This document shows, piece after piece, positions 9,001 through 21,819 of a stretch of 64,000 bases of DNA. Numbering within the stretch: the first letter of the stretch is position 1; every line of letters begins with the position of its first letter. The notes below the pieces were generated by a model. It had not been told where the DNA came from. It saw only the letters and a program-made list of their open reading frames with translations, and did no database searches. The DNA is from Phoronis australis. Taxonomy: Eukaryota > Animalia > Phoronida. The stretch spans positions 1 through 64,000 of the forward strand of contig NMRA01000491.1 of assembly GCA_002633005.1 (NCBI GenBank). Direction: 5' to 3'. Made by a program: the position numbers and the translations under genes.

Positions 9001-12000
9001 TAGTTGCAAAAGCCGAGGCGAGTCGAGAAACGTAGAGCGATTCATTGCAGTCGTTCAGTATGTGGTATAAATAGATTATTACATGTTCTCAGTCGCATCA
9101 AAAACTCGTATCAGGGGAAAAGATCGAAGAGTGTGTAACCAGCACGAACTTGGTTGCATCTCCAAATTTACATTGCGTGCTATACTGGAAGGAGGAGTGC
9201 CAGAGACTATCCCGGTGCCTACCCTCTGACGTCACCACAGAAACAGAAACAAAAACAGAAACTCAGTCGTTATTCCCCTTATCTAGACCCCCGTGGATTT
9301 TGTAGAATTATATAATATATAATTCTCCTAAATCCACTCGGGCTCTAGATTGGCGGGGGATAATGACTTCGCCTTGTAATAATCTATATATAAATTATTT
9401 TAATCGTATGCTAATGAAGTGTAAAATATTTGAACTTACGGTTCGTATCCAAAACATCCTCTTTCATCATCTTGTAATCCGAGAATTATTTCCATCCAGT
9501 CGGAGCGAACAAAATCGATGAAACCAATATCTCCACAAACGGTAACTACAACGAATGAAAGTGAAAATGGTTGCCAGACGGCGCTTCGAGTTGGTATCTT
9601 TGATCATGTGGTCAATATTATAGACTGCTCGTCAGTGGACATTTCAAATCAAGTAGGCTAAGTACAAAGTGATTCAGTAATCTATTATTACGAAGGCAAC
9701 GCATTTTGCGCCATCACAAGTTTGTTTGGAATATCCTTTTTTCAGTGGGAAGTGCACAGTACAGCCAAAATCCGACCGGTGCAACCAGATAGTGCACAGG
9801 CGGATATCTTGTCGATGCCGCGATGTCTGGGTTTAATTCCGTGGACGTAAGAACCTCGTAATGATGGGCTTCGCTTGTAATACAAGACGACGTCTCACAA
9901 TGTCTTGCCATTGAGCTTCCATTTTCGCGAGTTTTAACACACGCTTAGAGAGTGTTCTGTAGACCTAATTTCTTACAAGAAAAGATCTCAAAAAACTTTG
10001 CCGCACAACCATGTAGGGTTACCTTAACATGAGCGGCACAGCACTTAAAAAAGTGGAGGGGGAGGGAGGGTGGACTAAAGATGTGTTAGCAAGCTGTACG
10101 AGTATACGATAATACTACGACCTACGTGTTAAAGTTGAAACCGCCGCTATTGGTAGCTGAAGTACTGACCCCATGTTGTACCTGCTTGACTCTTGAAACT
10201 GAATGAGTCGTTAGTTAGATTGAATATTTACGATTGGGAGTGATTGGACCTGAGATCATTTGTAAGCAATGTAATCAATGTTTGTACACCCTTTAAATAT
10301 TTACTAAATGGGCTCAAATACAATACTTTTCTCATGTCAGTTCCGACTCGTTAGCAGACAATCAGAGTAATGAACTGTCGGAGTTCTGGTTTCGGAAATG
10401 TGGACATTCGAAGTAGTGAACTTTCGAAGGTAGCGAACCTTCGCAGTAACTTCGGAGCAGTGGACTTTCGGAGTAGTGAACCTTCGGAATAGTAACATGT
10501 AAGCTTGGAAATCTTTTCCATCAAGTTTGCTGTTCGCATGACTCTTGAGAGGCTGTGCGCCATTGGCACTGATTGACATGAGAAGACTTTCTTCATTGAC
10601 CAAAGTTTTTATTAGGTCTAGACCTACTTTCCCTAAAAATATGAACATGCTCGTCGGGGTTTTCTTAGTACAACAAAATACAGAAGTTCATGGGCGGTGC
10701 AGCACTGAAAAAAGTGAGGGATATAACCTCCCTGTGGTGCACCGCCAATAGACCACGGGTGGTGCAGCACTGAAAAAGGGGGGACTATAGCTCCCCAACC
10801 CCTTTTGGTGCTCCCCCCATGTACTTAAATGTCTCATTTTTGAGCAACGACGGAGGGCTTCCTATAGAGAACTTAATTATCATCGGCGTGTACTGAATTT
10901 AAAAGAATGGAAACACTCACAGTACACGCATGCAGTCATCCACCAATCCAAAACCACAGTAGAAATTTGAAAATGTCTGCACTTTTCCGTACTCCGCCGC
11001 TATCAAAATAGCAGATAAACCTAATTTCTGCTATTTTTTTCTTGGTCCATTTTAAAACGTTCACACGGCACTACTTTTTGGGAGCTCTCTCGCTGCCAGC
11101 CTATGTTGGTATACTATTAGACATTTACTTCTAGACTAGCGTGTTACACCATTTGGTAACCACGACGCGAGTTCAATGCCGATGAATTAATAAAGCCTAC
11201 TCTAATCGTCTGCACGATCCTATCACCAAGCACCATCCGGGCGAAGTTGACCACGTACGGCACGATTAAAAGGCTGCGTGAACTAAATTATTACTAACTT
11301 GGTTATCATTGTATAGTTAGTAGAACCAGTAGCTGCAACAATTTTGTTGTTGTTGTCCATCTATATCCCATCTTTAACGGATAGACCGGGGCAGGACCTT
11401 TTCCGCGGAGGGGGTTCGATCGAACCCCCCGAACCCCGCCCCCCTGGCTAAAGGCCTGCTATCTATTGTAGGAATATAAGCAAGCTTGAATAACATTGAA
11501 ATTTCTCAAGATGTAAGAATCGGGAAGCAAATTTTAATAAGTTTTGATAGTTATTGCGGGAGGAATTTCGATCCTAAAACTGATTCCGAGAAGTTTCCAT
11601 TACTAAAACAAAGCCTACGTTCCCCAGTACCCAAGCCGATGCTGCAATACACAGCTGAGATGATACAATACTGGAGAAAGCAGACGAGACACCCACCCTA
11701 GCTAGCCGCTAACACATCTTACTACGGGAGAACCACCTCGCGTCGCTTGCTCACTAGATCACTTACCTTGTTCCAGAAATATATCACGATAGCCAACGTT
11801 CACGTGACGGTGACGCGTCAGTGCTCTCGCTTCTGAGTAAATATGGTCACAAATTTGCTGTTCTATATTCGGAATGGACCGGCCGGAACTAAGAAACTTG
11901 GAGATATGTTTTTCACACCCCATCTACAAATAAGGAAATACAATGAACTGGCGGAGGCTGTTGGGGAGGGGGTGAATACAGTGACTGATTTGTTTAACGC

Positions 12001-15000
12001 CTAGAGCGTTAAAATCGAGAGAACCAGGGGTGAGTTTAACTCGAACGCAACACAACTATGACGGGAAATAGTTGGAAGTAAAGTTATACCACTGAGCGCC
12101 GCTTCGTCGAGTAAAAAAATTCCAACTTCAAAGAAAGATAATATAAAAATGAAATGATTTATTAAATCTATATGTATGCTAATGTATGTCAGGAACTACA
12201 TGACAATGCTATTTGAACATCTTCTACATGACAATGCTATTTGAATATCTTCTACATGACAATGCTATTTGAACATCTTCTACATGACAATGCTATTTGA
12301 ACATCTTCTACATGACAATGCTATTTGAACATCTTCTACATGACAATGCTATTTGAACATATTCTACATGACAATGCTATTTGAACATCTTCTACGCTAA
12401 ACAAAATGCAGTTGTATGCAATGACAACTAAATGTGAAAACAAAAAAAAATCTGCAAATAGGAGACCTTTGCACTAATAACGTACCATGGTTACTCACAT
12501 AACCCGCATCATGCAGTGTTATTCCCCAACACCACGTCACACTGTTGAGTGATGTACGGGGTTAATTTTTTGACACGAAACTCGTTCTTAAAAACATTTG
12601 GCAATTTCCAACATACTTCGTATACACAGTATCACTATATCTTGAGTTTCCAACTAATTCGATTAAGCAATCACAGAGATAAGCAATTAGCGTGAAAGTT
12701 CCACTTTAAGTTAAAACACTCAACACCAGTGAGCTCCATTCTGACCACACGACAACCATTGAAAACAATAAGTGTTCAATTGCTTGATTGGCACCTAGAT
12801 TTTTTGTGTCACATCGCAAAAATAACTGAAAATATTCGATCGTCACTCACCAATCGCCATTGTGCGAAACGGGATGTGCCAAGCTTATAGTAATGTAACC
12901 GAATCAGCCTTTAATATAGCTTTAAATCAAACCACACAAAACATGGTTGCTTAATAATGTCTCTAAAAGTCGAAACAGAGGCTTAGGCGAACAAGGGCGT
13001 TAATACGACCGGATATGTTAAGTCATTGCACTTTCAGATAATGTTGCTGATGAGCAACAAAAATGACTGCAGGATAATCGACCATTTCTAACGATCTGAC
13101 AACAGGAAGTTCGAAATCCATCAGGTATCGCCAATGAAGCAAGGGACCTTCCCATAGAAATACTTGACAACGGACAGGCATGGGGTCACTTTACATTTCT
13201 CCATTCAATGCAAAAGGTACGAATGCACCCCGGCTCTATACATACTGGGTCAGCGCCTGACCTGATTTGGTTGGCACAATTCTTGGATCCTTAACAGAAT
13301 TTTCATTGCCACACGAATGCCATAATCACAGACAAGTACAAGATTTTTTCAAAACAGAATTTAATATGGTATATTAAATTGCGTGTAATTTCTGATTGTA
13401 TGGCTGCAAATGACCGCTACAGTTAAAGAACACAGCTATTCACTTTTTATAAATTCAGAAAATTGATATTAAAACCACAAAACACATACCGGATGTAATA
13501 AATAAAATTTCCCTGTGTTAATGATGTTCTCTGCAAGGAGAAACTGGTTATGTGTTTCAGTAATGAGGGAAATCAATGAAGAGAATGCATAAGCGTGCAA
13601 TATGTATATCAGTCATTTCGCTAAATACTTACACGTTTTATCATTACAACAAAGAGCAACGAATGAGTGGCAACGTATTTGCGAAAGTGCTTCGACTTGA
13701 AGTTGGTCATCAGTTTCCAGCATTCCGAAGATATCGTGCATTTTTGTTTTTCTCTGAAATAAACAATTGCTGATATGAGGCTCTACTTTGCGTGTAATCT
13801 GCAATTTTCGTATTTCAAGTTCCCGCGATACTACCTGATCCAAGTGACTTGTCTTAGGCAACACATATACAAGGATACTAAATGATGACTTTAACCAATC
13901 CAAGTGACTTGTCTTAGGCAACACATATACAAGGATACTCAATGGTGACTTTAACCAATCCTCGTTCTGTCACCTACTAATGCATTATCGGCGTCCAACT
14001 TGAGTGACAAAAGCAGGATTCAACAAAAAACTCATATTCTCTGAGTCGCATACAGGGTATTACGGTTCTTGCTGAGTGGCCATTCAGTTGTCGTATAACT
14101 CGTCTAAAGCGTAGGTCACGGTTTGGCAGATTTGTAAGAAATTTTCAAATTTTCCTCGAAACATTTGAGAGTTGTCGAGGGTTACAGAGCATTATTTTGT
14201 TTCAAAGAACTAGAATTAGGCGCACGTGATTTCCGGGTTGGGAAGAAACTGGCAGTTCGTTGTTAGTGCTGTTTGACACCACAGTCGGCCAATAACATGA
14301 CCCATCATAACGTGTATTGTAGCACTACACAACACATATTGTTGCCTCGGCGAAAATATGTGTAACGGTATACTGTCATAATAGATCCGCTAGTGTCTGT
14401 TGAGACCAGTTTCCCGGTTTGTGTTAGAAATCAAAATATATTTAACAGAATAATGGTTCGTTGCAACTTTTTTGTTGTTTTGCACACTCACATGGATCCA
14501 CGGATTCCAACAAAAGGGTGGGTGTTTTCAAAACGGCTATAAACCTGGCCCGCGTTTTGTCCAAGAAGCGAAATCTGATTCAGACCATAATTGATATCAG
14601 ATGAGAAGGGATTTTTTGACTATTGTAAAAACGGGTTTCGTTATGCAGACCGCGTGCTCGGCGCTTAATAAGACCCGCCGTGACAAGCCAACTTGAGCAA
14701 ATAACGAGGTGCCAGTTCTTTCAAAGCTCTTTAAAAATCCCTCCTAATTTGACAAAGTAAGAATTTGAGACCAATTGTATAACGGTAAATGATATACATC
14801 AGACGTTGCTTTTTTGCCACAAGGCAAGCTTATTGCCGAATTAATAAACGATTCCGATTAATTGGTGCCCAAAACCGTACAGAAAAATTGCCAATCAGGT
14901 ACACGATAACAGGTCATGAAGACCTCGCCTTCGAATCCCCAGGCTTTAGAGCGTGTACCTGTCGTACTATCAGTGTCTCATATTCTTAAGAATTTGTCTC

Positions 15001-17641
15001 CCAGGCACACGGAATACATGAACTTAGTAAGTGGTGCTCAAACGTTATCATCAAAACTGTCATCTTGAGCGCTTGGTATCGGGAGGTAAACAATTGTTTC
15101 GTGCGTGTATTACTTGAATTATTTCAATCGTTTTCTGAGGTACATACCCTGTTCCGAAGAGGTCGACGAAGCACCGGTCTCCTTTCAACTCATCATAAGT
15201 AGTTTCCTCCGCTTCTTTGTTCACCTGTACTATTTTGTTATGCCGACTTTTGAATTGCGTCGTGAACGGTTTATCAACGACTGGCTTGAAGTGTTTGAAA
15301 TAGAGAGCATTTGATTTCTTCAGACAATGCATGCTGGTCTTGGCAGTGTCGGCTGCTGATTTAGACAGCACGCGCACCTTATGCCAAAGTGTCGGCTGCT
15401 CTTCCTTGAGATGGCCATGGTTATGGATAATGAGTTTTAGTTGTCCTGAAATAAAAATCACACTTATTTCAAAAACTGCTCTTAAATTTATGTACTTCTT
15501 ACGGTTCAACCGGATTTACCGGTTCACCAGAAGGTAAAATGGGTGTTCGTTGGCTATTAAATACCGCAGATGACTAGTAATAGTTTCAAACGTTTTGCCA
15601 CGAGGAAAGCCATATTGCTAATATTGGAATCGCTTTGTGTCAAGGACCAAAGCACGTGCTCGTCTTTTTCACAAGTTTTTATAAATTGTAAATAGTTATT
15701 AGCTAATAAAAATAACACTAATAAATACAACAGATTACAGATAGCGACAAAGGTTATAGCACGATGAGTCACTAACAAGCCGTTAAAACAGAATGAAAAA
15801 TACCTTCAAAAAGTGAATGATAATAACACATGAATTGATTGAACCATGTGAGTTTGGTGGACTGTTCTGTAGCCAGACACTACAAAACGTAAAATGACAT
15901 TCTTTTTGCGTATCTCCGTACTGTAACTCAGTGATTGTGCTTGTGTCCTGAGGATTGCCATTCATAAAAAATCGAAATTATTCGGACTGGACTTGAGCAT
16001 TGAAAGACGTTCAGATATTTTCGGCTAGAAACTGCAGTGGAAGCAGAGACGCTAGATAATCTTAACATCTGCTGGTTGTAGATTGTCAGCGCAAGCTTTC
16101 ATTTCTGCAAATTCGACGTCAAAGTTTGATAATACTGTTTCCTCTTCGTTTTGATGAATTTTTTTGGCGATCTGTGTCATCTACAATCTCTTGAAAATTT
16201 ACGAGTTGATAAGTTGTGGCGACGACATTCGCGTGATCAAACCAATCGTTGGACCCAACTCGAGTTGGGTTGCATTCCAGCCTTAGAAGTATTTTTAAAC
16301 AGCTGGTTGTTTTCCAAAGCGTCAACAACTCTGTTATCATAAAATGTATCAACTAATCTATTTTCTCTGATTTCAAAACATTTTTAAATTCAAAGCATTT
16401 TTGATCGAGTTCAGATGTGCTATGCAGTTTGCTAGATTTGGGAGTTAACTTGACCGTGGTGATATGTGAAAGATGTCATCACGAATCAGACCCACATGTA
16501 ACCATAAGACAGCGGGAGAGAGGCTAACAAAAATCAGCGGCCCTGTGAAGGTTTCTGCTTTCTGGAGAGTAAACTAGGAGAAATGCAAATTTCTGATACT
16601 CGTTTTTACAAGAAATTTCGTTGGCCACAATAAAAGGAGAAGATGGAATAGAAAAAACGACATGGTGTGGGAGACAAACCTAACACTTGAATTGGCCATA
16701 TGGGGTTGTGTAACGAAACGGATAAACAACAGGATTCATGCTAGGAAGACACGTTGTCACCCTACTGAGCGAGTACCACTTTTGAGTCTACTCGTTACTT
16801 CACATTAGACAGAACATTAAACCCGACATAGGTAGAAAGGCATTGATCGCTTACTGCAGTTCAGCAAATAGTCACATATGAGTATAAAAATACTAATCAC
16901 GCCGACTTTCTACACTTCATCTCGGATCACTACAGTTTGACACTACATGCTTTAACAGGTTTCACATGTCTGCCGCAATATTATTGTAAACTTTGTTTCA
17001 ATATATTGAAAATTATTTTCAACTCCTGATTGTTTAACTCCCCTCCCCCGCAACACTAACCTTCTTATGGCCTGTTGACTCCTGGCAACCCTAAGGCACA
17101 ACTACATATTCGGATGTGAACGTGACTATTCACGTTCAAAGCCAGCGAGAGTGCCAAGATGATTTTTAGTCCGGTTCGGTCACCCGGGACGAGACACCGG
17201 ATTTTTTTTACCATCAAACTGCACCTCAGTCACATGCCGAGCATGCTGGTCTCGTGGAATGACGAACTGTCAATTCTTTGCAAACCCAGAATCTCTTCTC
17301 GTCTGATTGAAAATTAAGTTGAGACCGATTTGGCCTAAACCAAAAATGCGCTTCTTTGACGGAACGCACGGGTTCGGTTGTAGTCGCTTAATTATCATTT
17401 GCTGTGTAAGACCCCATGGTGTGGAATATGACACACACTTACCTTCCGCCACTCTCAATCCATAAATTCCATCGAGGTTAATCTCACACTTATTTATGTC
17501 GAAAAACTTGAGAGCTTTGGCCAAGGCTGCTAACACCCGCTCTGTTGGAGAAGAAATATCTTTACTAACGCCAAGTCCCGAGGAGCTTAACAGAAAAATA
17601 TGGTAAGTTAGAATCCAAAACGTGTGCCTCACCGCTACCAT
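6026..17641 (-). CDS. C16orf89: UPF0764 protein C16orf89 homolog (secreted, ~352 aa, 7 exons)
   Basis: GT-AG exons with consistent phases: 17443-17641, 15148-15445, 13633-13753, 11767-11923, 9440-9545, 6938-6984, 6026-6156 (1059 nt including stop). Hydrophobic N-terminus. Family-like motifs EINLDGIYGLRVAEG, YDE..GDRC..DLFGT, CTISSECWKLMT..YVATHSLLF, GC, RDIFLEQ, CG.IGF.DF..DW..IL.LQ...GCFG, RKLL, DGCSSH.SGVG. Confidence 0.88.
8164..8236 (+). other. tRNA-like segment with Pol III A and B boxes inside the foldback
   Basis: A box TGGTGTAGTGG (8172-8182) and B box GGTTCGACTCC (8216-8226) at tRNA spacing. The acceptor and anticodon stems do not pair, so it is tRNA-derived (SINE-head-like) rather than a tRNA gene. 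Confidence 0.6.
9096..9261 (+). mobile_element. 5'-truncated non-LTR retroelement 3' end inserted in the foldback arm
   Basis: 8-bp TSD CTCAGTCG (9088-9095 and 9262-9269) and an (AAACAG)n-type tail; the opposite arm of the inverted repeat shows the empty site. Confidence 0.8.
10362..10495. repeat. Short degenerate repeat array (GTAGTGAACTTTCGGA-like, ~16-17 bp)
   Basis: About 7 degenerate units; resembles subterminal repeats of a DNA transposon remnant. Confidence 0.5.
12196..12395. repeat. Minisatellite, 28-bp unit x7
   Basis: CTACATGACAATGCTATTTGAACATCTT head-to-tail. It is embedded in a dispersed repeat (~12170-12710) whose other copy (~25370-25767) has no array. Confidence 0.95.
13838..14035. 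repeat. 60-bp tandem duplication plus a dispersed repeat shared with ~6655-6775
   Basis: ATCCAAGTGACTTGTCTTAGGCAACACATATACAAGGATACT occurs twice. AACCAATCCTCGTTCTG...CTTGAGTGACAAAAGCAGGATTCAACAAAAAA also occurs in another intron of the same gene. Confidence 0.8.
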
Positions 17642-20600
17642 ATTGCACGAGATACAGAGTGTAACTATGAACGAGTGATAACGCTCAGGAGAACAATCCC
17701 TAATGTCACTACGGGGTTATTGGACCTCAACGAGGCTTATCGAGGGTAGACACGACGGCCTGTGTTTACAACGAGTACATTGTACGCATATGTACATCAT
17801 CGTCTTCGACAGTATCGCTTTACGCATCAAGCGCAATTAATTTATAGCTTGTAAAAAGCGTTGGCGTTGACGCCGATTCGGATAATTGCAGTCCGCTCAG
17901 AATCATCGATATGCAAATTTTAAAAGATCGAGAGCTGTGACATAAATGTGGGCGATGGACTCACTGCAACCCGTATTAATGATACGAAAATCTGACACAG
18001 GTCAGTGATTTCCTTGTCAAAATATTCATCCTGTCCTAAGCTAACAAAATCACATTACCTGAAAAAACGTCTCCCTTCTTTAAGGCACGTTATGATGACA
18101 TGATTACAAAACTTCGCAGGCTCGGTTTTCAATCATGCAGGGCGTAGTTGATTAGAAAATCGTCTTCATGTTTTGTAAATGTTGCCATCGGCAACAAAGT
18201 TTGAAAATCTCGACAAAAAGCTTTGTTCAGGTCATGCGTATTATCGATGTTCGAGGTGATTTAATTCTATAAAAGTTTGCCAAATAATGCCGACACAGAT
18301 ACTCGCCGAAAGTCGGTTTCAATCTGATGTGATGCAGAATAGAGAGGAGAAAATAAAATCTGCTCGGCCAACAGTTTACGAAGCAATCGAGGATTAACGT
18401 AATTATCGCGACCATATGGAAAAACCATATCAAGTAAATGTGCAAGAGAAGTATAAGCACTTTCCATCATCCACCGAAGTGATGCGTTCCAAAAATAGTT
18501 AGAATTTATCAACGCGTCCAACGATCCCACGAAGAAGAGCTAATCAGAATACGTGTAAAAACGTCTACACAGTAAAACCGCGCTGTTAATTACGAGGAAT
18601 TATGCCCTTTACAATTTCATTTTTAAATATCTTTAAAGCCTATTTTACTTACGTGGAACAGCATTAAACATTTTGAGGACACAAGCAGCACAGGTTAGGA
18701 CAAAGTAAGATCGCAAATTGACATAAATCGAATTAGCGGCGGTGAAGCTATCAATGAACTCCATGAGATCATTCCTTTCTCAGATATATCCCAATAGTAA
18801 GACCCGAAAACCAAAACTAAGCGTTTCATCCTAAAATAAAGAACCGTGGTTTTAAAAGATGGTGCGCACTGCCTGGGGTTTCAATGCTACAATCATCATT
18901 CAGTATGTTGTCATTACATACATGTACGAGTAGTTTGCAAATAAATCTTGGGAAATCAGAAATTCGTACTGTGCAGTTGTGAACCCCCGTTAAAAGTATT
19001 TCATTCGCTTGGTATATGAGAATGTGCCACTAAAGAGACACGAGTTTAGCCGAAAATCACGATCTGTTGTTTTGCCCAAACCCTCACAGTAGGGTATTCA
19101 TAGAACACTACGCCAGGGGGAAAATTAAGTTGACGGAGGTACTGGAACTTCGACAAAGAAATTGTGTCTTACGATAGTCGAAGGAGATCCGGCGATCGGG
19201 TTGAAATCGGAAGCATACAGCACCACAGTTTCGACTGAATTTAGGTCTACGTACCCCTAGAAAAAGTCATAACATTAAACTAAAACAGCTCAGTTCCGGT
19301 CTTTAGTAGGTGGCGTATTCCGCTGAGAACTAAATATTGACATTGCTCCTATTTGAATTAAAACTTATTCACCGACTGGTTAACTTATTCGCTTAGGTGT
19401 AGCTAATTAGCTCTAAAAACAGAGGATGAATATCAACGGGAATTCATAAAATAATTTCATGACATTCCGCCGTCAAGCAATAATCCACATATAGGTGTGA
19501 TTGGATTTCACTGTTTAAATGAGAATGTCTAAATTTCCTTGTACCTGTGTCCAGTGTCACCGACTGAAACAACAATGTCTCTAGTACTGTAGTGGGGCGT
19601 ACATGTAGGCGCAGCCAACCACCTTTTGGTATTTGAACGTAGCGCCCACGCACCGTAAGTTACGTTCAATGCTCAAGGCGATACGGTGGGCTTTGGGCGC
19701 CTACTTACCTCTAATTTTACCACTACAGCACTGAATGTCTCTGATTATTTTAGAATTTTCATTCGATTCACAAATGTGTGAATCATAAACCAATGAGTTC
19801 GCGTACAACGAAACAAACTTTCAACGGATGAGTCATTACATAAATTTCAACCATACGAAGACCTGAATACAGTGTGCTTTTCGAGTTTTGTGTGGGGAAT
19901 TGTTTGAGTTGTAACATTTTTCTTGTAATCCGTATTTACTGTTAGCCATTTGGAAGAGATTTTCGACCGTATGCGCTCAGACGCTTAAAGTGCTTAAAAT
20001 CACCAATTTCATTTCAAGAAAAAAACACCAGTCGCTATCAGCTGTCTAATTAGAACAACGGCATACACTGTGTGACAATACGTCGAATAGCTGATTTTGA
20101 GTTACGGGCATTTATTGTTTGAAACATACTACCTAACACGGGACTACTTATCACAGTATTAGTCTTCTTCCATTGTTGTATTCAGTGTGAAAAGTCGTCA
20201 TATATTGCCGCTCGGCGACCCGTGGTTTATGCTTTAATAATTATAGGGAATGGCGTGGCGTTGCGTTTGTGGTTGTTGTGACAATTAGTATTTAACCACG
20301 CTGTGGCTGTTTCCACTTTTCCACGGTACACCGGAGAAGCGCGGTTATGGCACAAGTTGTTACAAGAAACTCACGTGTTGGTGAACATGACACTCTGGCA
20401 CTGGGTAGGCCTACGTTCATGCGTCACACTCATATCCATGGAGCTAAGAAACTTTCAATACACCTTCAAGCAGTTGCCATGGTACAAAAAGACTCCTTTT
20501 GGGTTTTAAAAACAATGCATTCCGCGCTTAATAACAGCGCAAAGCGTGATTTTTTCGTATGCCTCGTTAATATATATGCCTCTAATGCACTTTAAACATA

Positions 20601-21650
20601 AAAAGAGGCTCATTTTTAAAATAGCGACTGCGTGAATATAAGGTCTATTGAAGTAGCTTTTCTTCGATTTTCTCGTTTTTGGAATATTGAATTCACGATT
20701 ACAATAAAGGCATGATTCTGGCAATGTAGTCACGTGTCAAAATAAGGTAAGTGGTGGTGTTAAGCACTTCAAGGGCATGCACAACAGAAGGACCAGAAGA
20801 GTGTCCTTCATCCTGCCGCACGTGCAACACCACACACCTATACAGCGAGGGTTGTACGGACATCTCTTCGTGAACAACGCTTTTCCAATAAGTATTTCAA
20901 AATAAAGACACCATTTTTTGGTATTCTTTGCGCAAAAATAACATTTTTGTCATTTTGCCTCATTTCTTTCACAAATAGTGTTCTCCATACTTTCATACTT
21001 CAAAATTAAATGCTATTTATTGAAGCCACTCACATCTTTGGTTGTTTTAAGTCACTGTGATGCTGCGGTGTTTTGCTTGCAAGATGTTTCTTGATGTTCA
21101 AAGGCATTTTGGAACTACTGTTCGCTTGAATGATTGGCATATTGAATCTCTCGTAAGGCATCTTAGAAAAATATCCAAATTTTGCCGATTATATAGTACC
21201 AGAATTGCCCAATCGGTTTCACATGAAATTTTCAGGTACCATGCTTCACACGTTGCTCTCCAAACCGCCGATAGGAATTTTTTCAAAATATGTTTCATTT
21301 TGTATAAGGCATTATTAAAAATAGCACTTTTATGATTTCCATGGAGAAAATCTATGGCCGAATAAAACGTAACTGGAATTAACATTTAAATCAAAATACC
21401 ATTATTTTGCTACTAATGTATTACCTTTCTGTTTTGATAAATCCTACTAAAGACATAGTCACGTTACTCAATTAATGGTATTTATAAAAAAGTCAAAAGT
21501 CAAATTCTTCAGGCTTTCCTCTTTCAGAATATATGTACATCTACTGAGTTCACTCTATAGTTTTGTAGTTATTTGGTTCAATACTCACCCTTCTCAACAA
21601 CGTGAAGGTAATTTATATCTGAATTTATATCCCTTTTCTACGTATTTCGT

Positions 21651-21819
21651 CATTCGCGGCAAATTTAGACGGGGGTGGGGGGGGGAATGCCCCCGACCAC
21701 CAAAAATTCTTCCAGATTCCATTTGGCAGTTTGGGAGTGCGAATGTCTGACCGGCAAAATCCTGGCTAATACTCTGCCCTGCCTCCTCCCCCTGACTCAA
21801 AATCCTGAATTCGCCTCTG
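21651..21819. mobile_element. Degenerate MITE related to 5534-5855
   Basis: Shares CCAAAATTCT.CCAGAT.CCATTTGG.AGTT.GG and ACTCAAAATCCTG.AT with the 5534 element. Confidence 0.6.

Larger units (their letters stand above)
7455..9391. mobile_element. ~1.9-kb foldback (long imperfect inverted repeat) with terminal hairpins; possibly two head-to-head non-autonomous Crypton-like elements
   Basis: 7455-~8225 is reverse-complementary to ~8430-9391 (for example GGGGTCGGAGGTCGTGACCTTTTAAGAAA vs TTTCTTAAAAGGTCACGACCTCCGACCCC). The centre is TGTGGTATAA...TTATACCACA at 8316-8342, and each end is itself a ~160-bp hairpin. Confidence 0.8.

Noticed and set aside
12196-12395. CRISPR array (also considered for 43010-43275 and 60862-61039)
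   Set aside because: Units are head-to-tail with no unique spacers, there are no cas genes, and the context is a eukaryotic intron.
15557-16352. Nested gene in intron 1 of the C16orf89 homolog (three short minus-strand ORFs)
   Set aside because: No recognisable domain, and the frames could not be joined into a continuous or spliced product.
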